Part shown: positions 25,571-36,333 of the stretch, one piece after another
Layout: each line of letters opens with the position of its first letter
How positions within the stretch are numbered: the first letter of the stretch is position 1
NCBI GenBank assembly: GCA_013239625.1
Contig: MU053448.1
Span: forward strand, 1-64,000
Direction of reading: 5' to 3'
Length of the DNA stretch: 64,000 bases
Source of the DNA: Lama guanicoe
Lineage: Eukaryota
Program-made: the position numbers and the translations under genes
Notes under the pieces: generated by a model
Told to the model about the DNA's origin: nothing
What the model saw: the letters and a program-made list of their open reading frames with translations, nothing else
Databases searched by the model: none

Positions 25571-28500
25571 CTAAAGGTTAGATATTCCACTCAGCTGTGC
25601 CCGTAGGAGCGGCTGACAGGGGGCCCTGTGGTTTAATTCCATAAAGTTGGAGAGATTGGTGAGTGGCACGTGGTAGAGTCCCTTCAACTTCTCTTCAAGT
25701 TGTTGGTCATGTCCTTGTTGTTTCCAGACCTTTAATAGCACCTGGTCTCCTAGTTTAAATGCGTGTAGAGGAGTGTCTAGCTGAGGCGGGAACATGGAAG
25801 AAACAAGCTCATGTGTAATAGTTAATATTTGACCAATCTGCAGTTATGTATAGTCTGACCCTGGTTTCTTGGGTCAGTTGCCAGCTTTCCCCTTTTCTCC
25901 TAGGGCTTAGAACTGGTCTCCCCAAAAACAATTTCATATGGGCTTAAACCAAGCCCGCTTCTCGGGGCTACCTTTACCCACAGCAGAGCAATAGGCAATA
26001 CCTTATCCCATTTTAGTTGAGTTTCTTGACATAACTTGGCTAAAGTTTTCCTGAGGGTATGATACATTTTTACTGTTTTTCTGTAGACGGAAGCCTCCAT
26101 GCAGCATGTAATTTCCATTTAATTCCCAGACGTTCACTTACTTGTTGTAATATTTCTGCAGTAAATGCTGGTCCATTGTCACTTTGGAGGGTAGACGAAA
26201 TCCATACCTGGGGACGAGTTCCTTGAGAAGTATTCGAGTGACTTCTGTGGTCCCTTCCGTGTAGGTTGGGAAAGCTTCAGTCCATCCTGAAAAAGCATCT
26301 ACCAAGACTAACAAATAACGAAGGTTACCTGTGGTTCGAGGCACCTGGGTGAAGTCCATTCGCCAGTCTTTGAAAGGGTGGCCTCTGATGTACTGAGTTC
26401 TTTGTGGGAGACTTTTCTGAATAGATTTTGGGTTATTTTTAAAGCAAATTGGGCGTCCTTTAATGACTGTATGGCTTGATGGAGTTTGGGGGCTCCAATC
26501 CAAGGTTTAATTAGGTCCATTAAAGCATCCTTTCCATGGTCGGTATCGTGTATATGTTTGATTGTGGGCCACACCAAAGTCCGAGATAACAAGATCAGTC
26601 CGCGGTCATTTAGTTTCCAATTGTTGGAGGGGTCTCTTTTGTCAAATCCCCATTCAATGGCCCTTTTACTGTCTTCTTCTGAACACAAGGCTGGTATTGA
26701 GTTAAACTTAGCTGAGGAATTAGCGCCCCCTGGGCTGGAGGTGACTGTTCCTAGAAGGCAGCAGTTTCTGCAACCCGACCTGCCATGTGCTTTCCTGAGA
26801 CACACAGCATGTAAGCTTTCGGTGTCCAGGGCAGCGCATGATGGAAACAGCTTCTGGTTCATTTACAGCCCGTAAGAGGGCCAATATTCCCTTAGGGTGT
26901 TTAATCTCTTTGTTTTGAAGTTAAGAGACCCCTCTCTTTCCGAATTGCTCCCTGGGCATGGACCACCACAAGTGCATATTTAGAGTCTGTGTAAATGTTG
27001 ACCCTTTTTCCTTTTGGTATCTGGAGGGGACCAGGTTAGTGCTATAAATTCAGCCTTTTGGGCAGAGGTGCCTGGGGGCTGTGCACAGCCTCTTATCTGG
27101 TGGTTACTATGTAACCAGATTTGCATTGGCCATTTTTTATGTAGCTGCTCCCATCTGTAAATAGTTCCCAATCAGGTTCTGGGAAAGGTTTGTCAGTTAA
27201 ATCTAATCTGCTTGAATAAATAGCTTCTAATGTTCCCGGACAGACATGATCTAATTTGCTGTTTTCAGGTTCTGCCGTGGGTGTTGGTAACAGGGTGGCC
27301 GGATTTAAAGTCATCACTGTTCTTAGAGTGACATTTGGATTATCTAGTAAAGTTGCTTGATATTTTCCCATTCTTCCTGCGGTGAGCCAATATCCCCTTT
27401 TGCTCTAGTGATACAGTGACCTGATGAGGCCCGTGGATTATTATGGGCTGTCCGAGTGTAAACTTTTCCACTTCCTGTAGTAAGTCACAGGTGGTGGCAA
27501 CTGCTCACAGGCATAGGGGCCATCCTTCTGCTGTGTTGTTCAGTTGCTTAGACAGATCTGCAACTGGGCAAAGGTTAGTCCCAAGCATCTGGATTAAGAC
27601 ACCCAGTGCTGTCCCCTGTCGTTCCTGCACATACAGCCTGAATTCCTTCTTCAGGTCTGGCAACCCCAATGTGGGAGCTGAGAGCAATCAAGTATCAAGA
27701 GCGGTGAGCGCCTGCCGGCATTCCCCAGGCCATACTGAGGGCTCTGTGTCTATGCCTTTTAGAGCATCATAAAGGGGTTTGGCGATCAGTCCAAATTTAA
27801 GTATCCAAAGTCTACAAAATCCAGCCATTCCCAAGAACCCCCGTAACTGTTTTTCATTACTAGGGGACTTTTAAGGTACAGATTGCCATCTTGCGGTCAT
27901 ATAAGAGATTGCAAGTTCCTTGGGATATCTGGCTTCCCAGGTAGGTTGCTTGGCTTCCTGCAAATTTGGGCTTTATTGGGGCATATTTTTAATCCACACC
28001 AAGCCAAGTGATTAAGCACAGTTATTGTGTTTTCCTTACAATTATCAAGGTCTGGGCTTACAATTAATAACTCATCCGCATATTGTAAAAGGACTCCTTG
28101 ATTCAGGTGTAGATTTCTAAGATCCAGAGCCAAAATTTCATTAAAGATGATAGTGGAATTTTTAAACCCCTGAGGAAGCACAGTCCAGCAGTAGTGAGTC
28201 TTGATCCTGGTGTTAGGATCTTGCCATTCAAAGGTCAATAATAATTGTGACCTTTTTCAAGAGGTATGTGAAAGAAGGCATCTTTTAAATCCAGGACTTT
28301 AAAATATTTAAATTCTCCAGGAATCGTAGCTAACAAGGTATATGGATTTGGTGCTGTTGGCTGGATGTCTTGGACAATGTCATTGATGGCCCTGAAGTCC
28401 TGCACAAATCGCTATTCTTCGGAATGGAGTTTCTTAACTGGCAATATTGGGGTACTATAAGGCAATCTGCAAGGCTTAATCAGTCTATATTTAAAGAACT

Positions 28501-29076
28501 GGCTGTATTCCTTTTAGAGCGTCATCCTTTAATGGATACTGTTGTTTCCTAGCATTTGGCTTTAATTGGATATTTACCAGGGTGGAAATCTTGCCCATCT
28601 TGGGATCCCGCCGGCCCAGACGGTTTTACTTACTTTTTGCAGGATTTCTTCCGGAATCCTTTCAGGTTCTTTGGGCGTGGAGTTTAGTTCCTGTTGTAGC
28701 CTTAGGGTGGCATCTGAAGGCACAGCTATGCAAATCCTTTTCTCGAGGGAGAAAGTTATCTGGGCATTCAGTTTGCATAGAAAATCTCTTCCCAGCAGTG
28801 GCACAGGGCGCTCAGGTGCATGTATAAAGCTATGTATTAAAGTCCTTCCTCCTAATTTGCATTCCAGAGGTTGTAACAGCAGGTTTGTTATCGGCACCTC
28901 TGTAATTCCCACTGCTGGGACAGAACAGTGCTCCCAGTTTACAGTTCAGAACTGAGTGTGCCACTCCAGTATCTACTAGAAAGTCCACTAGTCGGGACCC
29001 GACTGTCAGCTGTACCTGAGGTCTTGAGTAGCAGTTGTTTTGGGGGTCTCTCACATGGCTAAGAGCCCTGGGCCCC
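25571..29076 (-). pseudogene. pol: ERV pro-pol, frameshifted
   Basis: Protease FLVDTG; RT YCWTVLPQGFKNS and LLQYADELL; RNase H LFTDGSS; integrase WRMDFT...LVLVDAFSGWTEAFP; C-terminal FKLGDQVLLKVW. Confidence 0.93.
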
Positions 29077-29079
29077 GTC

Positions 29080-30827
29080 AATCACTATCTTCCTTGTCAC
29101 ACTGGTTGGCTTTGTCTTATCTCCCTTTTGCCCTTTGGGTTTTGTTCACTAAAGGCCCCCGGGTGATTTGCTATCATGAGTTAACTGGCTTTCTGTTTTT
29201 CTCTTCTCTAGCATCACAAACCTTAAAGGCAATTTCCAATAATTCTCCGGGGGTTTTGTCTACTGCTCTTTCAATCTTGTTTAATTTACACCTTGTATCA
29301 TCTGAACTTTGGCTTATGAAAGTCGTATTTACCACGCATACATTTTCAGGATCGTGGTCAGGGTTTAGGGCGGGTACTTTCCATAGCGTGAAGGACCTGT
29401 TCCCGAAAAGCAGACAGGTTTCCAGTCGATTCCTGTTTAGGGCTTGTGCCTTGTTAAGCCAGTCTGTTCGGGGAGCCCTTTCTGAGGCTGGCTAGGACAC
29501 ACTGTCTGTCCTATTTTAGGATCATCAGAGCTTCGGTGGTATCGGGGCCCCAGTCTGGCTCGGCAGCCGGAACAGCTAAGTCTACGCTGGGTATTTCTGG
29601 GTTCCCTTGACTTAGACATTGGGCTTCCTTTGACCATTTTTTTTTTTCATCTGAGGTCAGTAACACCCCAAGCAGAGACTATATATTGGCCCAAGTTGGG
29701 CGATGGGTTGAAAATATAGACTCAAGAAGTTCAGCCAGTTTTCTGGGGATCGTCACTGTAGGCTGGGTACCGATTTCTCCAGCAGACCACATCCGTGGTT
29801 GCGCATGGGCTATCTGCCCAGACAGAATTAGAGGGAAGTCCATTTGCCCTGATACCAACTGGTATCTATCTCAAAGGGTATTGCCCTGCTATAGGCAGGG
29901 GTTTTCCTGGGCCAAATTGGGCGCCCTGTTGGGTCTTGGAGGGGGAGGCAAGATCTAGTTCCCTTCCCGGGGTGACTGGAGGGGGAAAAGGGTCCATAGG
30001 TAAAGCTGGGTATAATTGGGGAAGAGGCAAAGGGGCCAAGGTAGGCAGGCAGGTGGAGTTGTCACGGGAATGAGTGACAGAAGGCGAGCTGGGGGAGGTG
30101 GCAAAAATGTCGGGGATGACAGGGCAACCGGAGAAGTGGTTGACAGGCCCTCTGAAGATGACTGCAAAGTCAGGGGGATGGGAGGAGCGACTGGCAGGGC
30201 CACCAGAGGTGGCGGCAGAGCCAGAGCAGCAGGAGGGGCTGGAGAAGCCATCGGCTGAGCAGGAGCGATCGGTTGAGCCGCCAGAGGTGGCAGTGGAGCG
30301 GGAACAGCGGGGGAGTCTGGGAGAGCCTCATCCCCTGATGAGTGCTCGTCCTCCGGAGGGGGGTTCATGATTCTAATTGTTCCTAAATCTTCCTCCATCT
30401 GTTCACCTGGTGTCTTCTCATTAAGTATTTTCCCTGACTTTTTTCTTTGTTTTAGAAGGGGTTTTCTTTCTTCCCTCACCTTTCTCTGTTCATAGTTACA
30501 ATCTTTTTCTTCTTTTCTTTGACCCATCAGTCTGGTACCTGGTTTATTCTCTTCCTCACTGTGGGCCTTCATAAAGGCTTGCACATATGACATTTCATCC
30601 CATTTACCACTTCTCTGGCAAAACAGTTCTAACTGGAGAATGGTGTAGTAATTTAATGACCCGTTTTCAGGCCACTGTTCTTCAGAGCCTAAATTGTACA
30701 TTACCCAAGCAGTATTACAGTAAAATGCCATCTTTTTCTTAGTCATAGGTGGATAACTATAATTAGACCAGTCATTCAATGTCTTACCCAATGGGCTATT
30801 GGATGGAATAGATGGTGCGCCCCCCAT
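29080..30827 (-). pseudogene. gag: ERV gag, 290-codon open 5' part (29955-30827), CA and NC disrupted
   Basis: MGGAPSIPSNSPLG...YCNTAW...WPENGSLNYYTILQLELFCQRSGKWDEMSYVQAF matrix signature, proline-rich p12-like region, CA remnant FSTHRPTWAN. Confidence 0.9.
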
Positions 30828-31372
30828 AGTAACTTATTTCAAATACAAAAATACAAATACAAATACAGATTTCAGGTTGCAATGTCAGGCCTTCATCAGC
30901 AGATGGAAGCACAAACCTGTAAATGACAGGTTAGTCAGTCCAGCTATGAAAACATGCAGATTTTAATTTTGCTTCCAAATTCTCTTAGCCCAAGATCTCC
31001 GTTACAGGTGGGTACCTGCTGTGCTTCAGATTCAGATGGGAATTCTCCACCTGTCTAATCAGACAACTGCCAGTGGGAGATCAAGGGACCTCAGTCATCA
31101 CCAGGTACTCACCCTAAGCCTGTAGATTGGATGTGACACTTCAGAAGAAACAGAGCCTTCTGTTTTCCTCCAACGAGTTAGTTCAGGTGACAGCAGTCCA
31201 TTGACAGGGGGAGTGGCAAGGCGTGAAAGGATCCCCAGAGCGAAACAGGCCCTGGCAGTTGCTGGGCTCCATTCTCCGTTGCCTCTCCTGTCAGCACAGA
31301 GGCACAGTCGTTCAAGCCTTGTTGTCCAGGCAATTGGGTGAAACCTGAAGACCCCTCTTAGAAAAGTCTCAC

Positions 31373-31390
31373 ACCTCGAGTTGGGTGCCA
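31373..31390 (-). other. Primer-binding site, closest to tRNA-Lys
   Basis: TGGCACCCAACTCGAGGT 6 nt inside the 5' LTR; 13/18 match to the Lys1,2 PBS TGGCGCCCAACGTGGGGC as recalled. Confidence 0.55.
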
Positions 31391-31396
31391 CGAATT

Positions 31397-31988
31397 TGTT
31401 GCCGAAAGATCGGCCCCCATCCCTGATGAGCCTGACTGAAACTCAGAGACAGGGTCTTAGAGCATAGAAGCAAAGAGGCAGCTTTATCACTCTGCCAGGC
31501 AACGGGGAATCACAGCAGGCTAGTGCCTTCAAAACCGTGAGCCCATCTTGGGGATGGGGTAGGATGATTTTATAGCCATAGCTTAAATATAAGGCGTCAA
31601 TAACAATCAACAGAATTTTTTCTTCTCATAAGACTTAGAGCAGCGTCACAGCGTTTCCAGGTGACCAATTCTATAAAGGCTAGTTGTTGTCACTCTTTCA
31701 ATCTCTTTATAAGTGCCCACGGCATGGTCTTCTAGGTAATTCAGGCTATTTTGTAAGGTTACAGTTCTGTGACCTTTTCCCTGGAGAACAACTCAGAAAC
31801 CAAGCATGATTGTTGCTCTCAATTACTGGAATAAAGCAGAGACAGTAAAAGTAATAGCTTCATGTTAACAATGGGCTTGGAGCTGAGAACAGCAACCAGT
31901 CAGTCAGGTTAGTTGACCAGTTTAAGAGCAAAGGTAAGAGTAAGCAATCTGTTAGCCTAAGTGTGACCATTTTATTAATTCTCCTTCA
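31397..31988 (-). mobile_element. 5' LTR of the provirus
   Basis: TGAAGGAG...GGCAACA on the minus strand; TATAAAA near 31570; directly repeated at 23431-24028. Confidence 0.93.
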
Positions 31989-32664
31989 CTTCTAGGAAGA
32001 TTACACAAGATGAGCAAAATGCAGGACACAAGGCCCTTGGTGCATGAATCACAGCCAGGTCCCAGCCTCCCGGTCCTCTCTCCTTCCCTCCCCTGGGCTG
32101 ATGTCCCTGTAGGACAGATGGGAGGGACCGGAGCTCACCAGACAGGGGCTGCCTGGATGTAGAAGGTGCCTGTGGCCACCGCCTGCACCAGACTTCCTGG
32201 GTTTTGTGCCTTGTGGGGGCTGCAGGGTTTGTCCCCCACCTCCCCCGCCCCGTCCTTCACCACACCTCCTTCCTGGCCCATCTCACCAGTCACCACACCA
32301 GGGCAGAGACCAAATGACAGAAAAGGCAAATGTTTCTGCCCCAAGTGTTCCAGCTTGAGGGCCTATGCAATCAGGCTGTGGTTTTTCATCAATAGCCAAG
32401 AAATCCTGTACAATGAACATAAATACAAGGAAAACTATTTCAGCACATGACTTCTGAATAATTTTTTTGTTATGGTGCATGGATCAGATGCTTCACACAT
32501 ACTATGCTATTTAATTCTGTAAGGATAAATGTTTTCAGTCAATCCCTCCTGTTGTTAAGATAAAAAGAGACCTTTCCCCCACCTTTCCTAGGCCATTTCT
32601 GTGAGAAACTTAGTGACTGTGAATCCTTTCTTTAATCTTTTTTTCTTTGTCTTTTTTTTTTTCA

Positions 32665-32783
32665 GGGGACAAGTAATCAAGTTTTGTTCAGTTTTGTTTT
32701 TTTATTGTGGGTACTGGGGATTGAACCCAGGACCTTGTGCATGCTGGACACGCCCTATACCACTGAGCTATATCCCCTTCCCC
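32665..32783 (-). mobile_element. tRNA-derived SINE
   Basis: Reverse-complement head. Confidence 0.82.
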
Positions 32784-32979
32784 TCTAGTCTTTTTTTCTT
32801 TATTTTTATTTATTTATTTTCTAAATTGAAGTACAGTTACAATGTGTCAGTTTCTGTTGTACAGACAATCTGGTGTAGGCAGTTCGGGACCTTTTGACTT
32901 CATCACCAAGTACCTTCATGAGGAAGGTACTTTGTACGCCTGAGACTCAATTTCCTAATCTGAAAAATGGAGCAGGAAA

Positions 32980-34170
32980 TATCCGCACCACAAGAGCTGC
33001 AAGAACCAAGCTTGATAGCAGACACACACGGAAACAGCGCCAGAGCGCGGCCCTGATGGAAGGCGGGGTGCTGGAAGTGCGGGACACGCGCTCTTCGGAA
33101 CCGTGCTCGGTGCAGACAGCTCAGCGCTGCCAAGCAGTGTAGCCCAGGGCCTACGTGCTTTCCAAGTTGCTGGACACGACAGCGGACTGTGAGATCAAGC
33201 TATTGACCTGTGACCAGCGGAAAAGGAGAAAAGTAGTCAAAAACATCAAAGCACTTCCCCAGTTAAGGGGAAGAATTGTTCTCAGGAACTTTTGATTTAT
33301 TTTGTGTGTGTGTGTGTGCGTGTGGGAATGGACTGAGACCCGAAAACTGTTTCTTAGTAGGGAGGATGGAAAACTTTTGGAAGCTTCTGAAATAAACTCT
33401 TTAAGGGGCTGGCAGAGGAGCAACACAAAGAAGAGACTGATGAAGGGCTACTAGGAAAGTGGGCGGAGAATCGCGAGAGGGGCTCCTGTGGGTTTAGGAG
33501 GGCAAGGACAGCAAGGCGGGCACCAGGCGGGCTTGGACCATGTCCCCTAAGGTAGTAAGATGTAGGGACAGCCGGGGGCAGGGGCCAGCGGCCAGGCCAC
33601 TCCCCGAAGCCGCACCACTGACCCTGAAAGCGAAAACGACTGGCTCCACCCGACCCGCCTCCCGGGCTCTAGGCTCCCGCAGGTCCCGCCCACAGACCCC
33701 GCCCCCACCACGGGCCCCGCCCACGACGGATCCCCGCCTGCTGTCCTTATTTCCACTCGCCCGACTGTTTCAGGGTGTAGGTGTGGCGATATGGCAATTT
33801 TACGAATTTAGTGAATCACCAGCCGCTGTTGAGAAAGTTCCGCTGCCTCCACAGGAGCGGGCTTCGCTGAGCAGCTCTGGGATGCACACGGAGTGGCCTG
33901 TCAGCACAAGGGGACCCAGAGGGCACCAGAAAACGGGGACGAGGAGATATTCTAACAGGGTGTTAGGGTGCAAGTCGGCAAGGGAGGCTGCGGCAGGGTG
34001 TGCTCCCATCCCAGGGCCTGAGGGGCAGGGCCGGTGGGCAAGGACCCTGTGGACAGAGCGCGGGAAGGGGTAGGAGCAGCTGCCCGGCTCTCTGCGCCCC
34101 GGGGCTGCGTCTCAGGGGCCTCCTAGCCGGGGAGCCCTTGCCTGTGGCATGCAGGTCGCCTCCGGGGTTT
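32980..34170. promoter_or_regulatory. Orphan CpG-rich island with GC boxes
   Basis: CpG-dense; GGGCGG at 33461, CCCCGCCC at 33697 and 33715, TCGCGAGA at 33471. Confidence 0.65.
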
Positions 34171-34249
34171 CAGGCAGGTGTCCAGGGTAGGGATTGGTCT
34201 GACCCAAGAATCCATCACTTTGAAGAATTCCTTTGGAAAGATGCAGTGA

Positions 34250-34405
34250 GGGGGGCAGGGTATAGCTCAGTGGTGGAGCGCATGTTTAACATGCGCAAGG
34301 TCCTGGGTTCAATCCCCAGTACCTACATTAAAAAAAAAAAGTTAACATGAATAAATAAGCCTCACTACCTCCTCTCCAAAACAAACAAAAGAGAAAACAA
34401 AGCAA
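34250..34405 (+). mobile_element. tRNA-derived SINE
   Basis: Same head and tail. Confidence 0.85.
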
Positions 34406-34517
34406 ATATTTTTAATGCAGTGTACTTAGTCATATCAAAGACTCGTGTGTGTGTTTTTAATAAAACTGTTTAAAAGAAAACCTCATTTCTCTTTTTCATG
34501 TAATAGCAGTTGACATC

Positions 34518-34982
34518 TGTGGCAGGCAAATTAATGGCCCTCCTAAGATGTCCCCATCTGAACCCTGGAACCTGTGACTATGTTAGATTATATAGCAAAG
34601 AGGAAATCATTCTGGATTATCCAGGTGGGCCCAATGGAATCAGAGGGGTCCTCAAATGTGGAAGCAGGCTGAAGGTCAGAATCAGAGGAGATGCATGGAT
34701 GGAAGCAAAGTCAGAAAGACATATTTGAAGATGCAATCTGCCTGCTTTGAAGATGGACAGATGCAGGAAGGTACCAAGAGTCAAAGAACAAGAGCAGTTA
34801 GCCAGAAAAGTTAAGGAAATGGCCCTGCAGAGCCTCCAGAAGGGAACTCAGGCTTGCCAACACCTTGCTTAGCCTAGTGAGATCAACGTCACACTCCTGA
34901 CTTACAGAACTGTAAGGTAATTTGTGTTGCTTTTAGCCAGTAAGTTTGTGGTAATCGGTTACAGCAGCTGGAAACTAACACA
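34518..34982 (+). mobile_element. MaLR (MLT1D-like) LTR
   Basis: tgtggcaggc...ccctggaacctgtgactatgtt...ctggattatccaggtgggcccaat...gaaactaaca. Confidence 0.85.
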
Positions 34983-35710
34983 GCCTCCTACATGAGGAGC
35001 CATTGGTCTATAGCATACTCCTGATCTACCTAATATCCCAGCCAAATAGGAAGACGGACACCAAGCCTGTGTGCTCCAGAATAAAGGAGCTCAGTCCTGG
35101 TAACCATCACTGTCCTCTGAGCACTCACAGGCCGCCATTCATAACTCACCTCTGGGATCTGGCCCTCCTGTGCCCTGGAAAACCTGACTTATCCTGATGA
35201 GCACCCAAGGGCACGTTTTACTTATGAAACCATGAGCGTAGAATGCTCTAGGTGTTTTAAAAAGAGGGTTATACACACACCTTATATATACTTGCATCTT
35301 TCTGCAAGACTGGGTGAGAAGTTTGCTAAAGAGAGGGCTGGGTTTGTGCATGGAACCGGGAGGAAGATTCCTTGTACTGTACGTATTTCTGTGTGTGTGT
35401 TTTAAAGTATTTGTATAGTTTTACCAGGTACCATTTCTTTACTGTGATTATGTGCTGTTTTTCCTATAAAACACAAACAGCTAAGGAGAAAGAAGTGCAG
35501 AATACAGGTGGAGGCCTGTGGGTCAGAAGCAGCACACATGAAAAAACCTGGGGGAGTCCTTGTTCAACTGTGGGGGCCACATGAACAGCATGGCAATCTG
35601 TCTGCTGTATTTCCACTGGGAGCCTCCGTTACTAACCCATGTTGCCCTTTGTTGGAAGATAGGATATTGAGGGTTCTCTCAAGGCACTGTGACCATCGAA
35701 AGCATGGTAG

Positions 35711-36333
35711 TGTTACAGCAAGCAGAGAACTAGAAATGAGCAGAGAAAGGGGAATGCAGACCAAATGGCAAGAACTGGGCAAAAAGGAGAGGGGCACGGG
35801 CCAAATGCAGGAAACGCTACATCTTGTGAACACCAGGGGTCCCTGGGCAGAGAAAGAAAAGCAAGAACCTCTGGGCTGATCAGCAGTCACACATTTTGGG
35901 GTTACAAGTGGCCTGGAGGCCAACAAAGAAAGGTGGGAAAAGGCAGGAATGTAACATTTTGCTCAGTATGCCCTCATTTCAATAAAATTAGCCTTGCAGA
36001 TTAGAAGTACCCATCATGCACTGATGCCGTGACACTTCCGATCCAGACTAAATAAGGACAAAAATCCCTCCTCCCCTCAGGAAGGTGGAGCTGGGATAAA
36101 AATCAGGGAATATGACCCCAAACCCTTCCCTCCCCAATGAATATTCCTCCCATTCATTTTTACACCCTATGTAACCAACTTGCCAAAGAAACTCAGGGCA
36201 GCTGAGTCAGCCCGCTCTCCCTTTGAGAGTGTACTATCCATCCCTTAATAAATCCTCACTTTACTTTCTTAACCTCCGTGTCTCATCTCTGAATTCTTTC
36301 TGTGACAGGACAAGAACCTAATCACTGGCAACA
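35711..36333 (+). mobile_element. ERV1 solo LTR (family B)
   Basis: TGTTAC...GGCAACA, AATAAA; homologous to 20470-21052; TSD not clean. Confidence 0.85.

Larger units (their letters stand above)
23431..31988 (-). mobile_element. Full-length degenerate class I (ERV1) endogenous retrovirus
   Basis: Paired LTRs of about 595 bp, 4-bp TSD TTTC/CTTC, PBS, gag-pro-pol-env order and a polypurine tract next to the 3' LTR. Confidence 0.96.
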
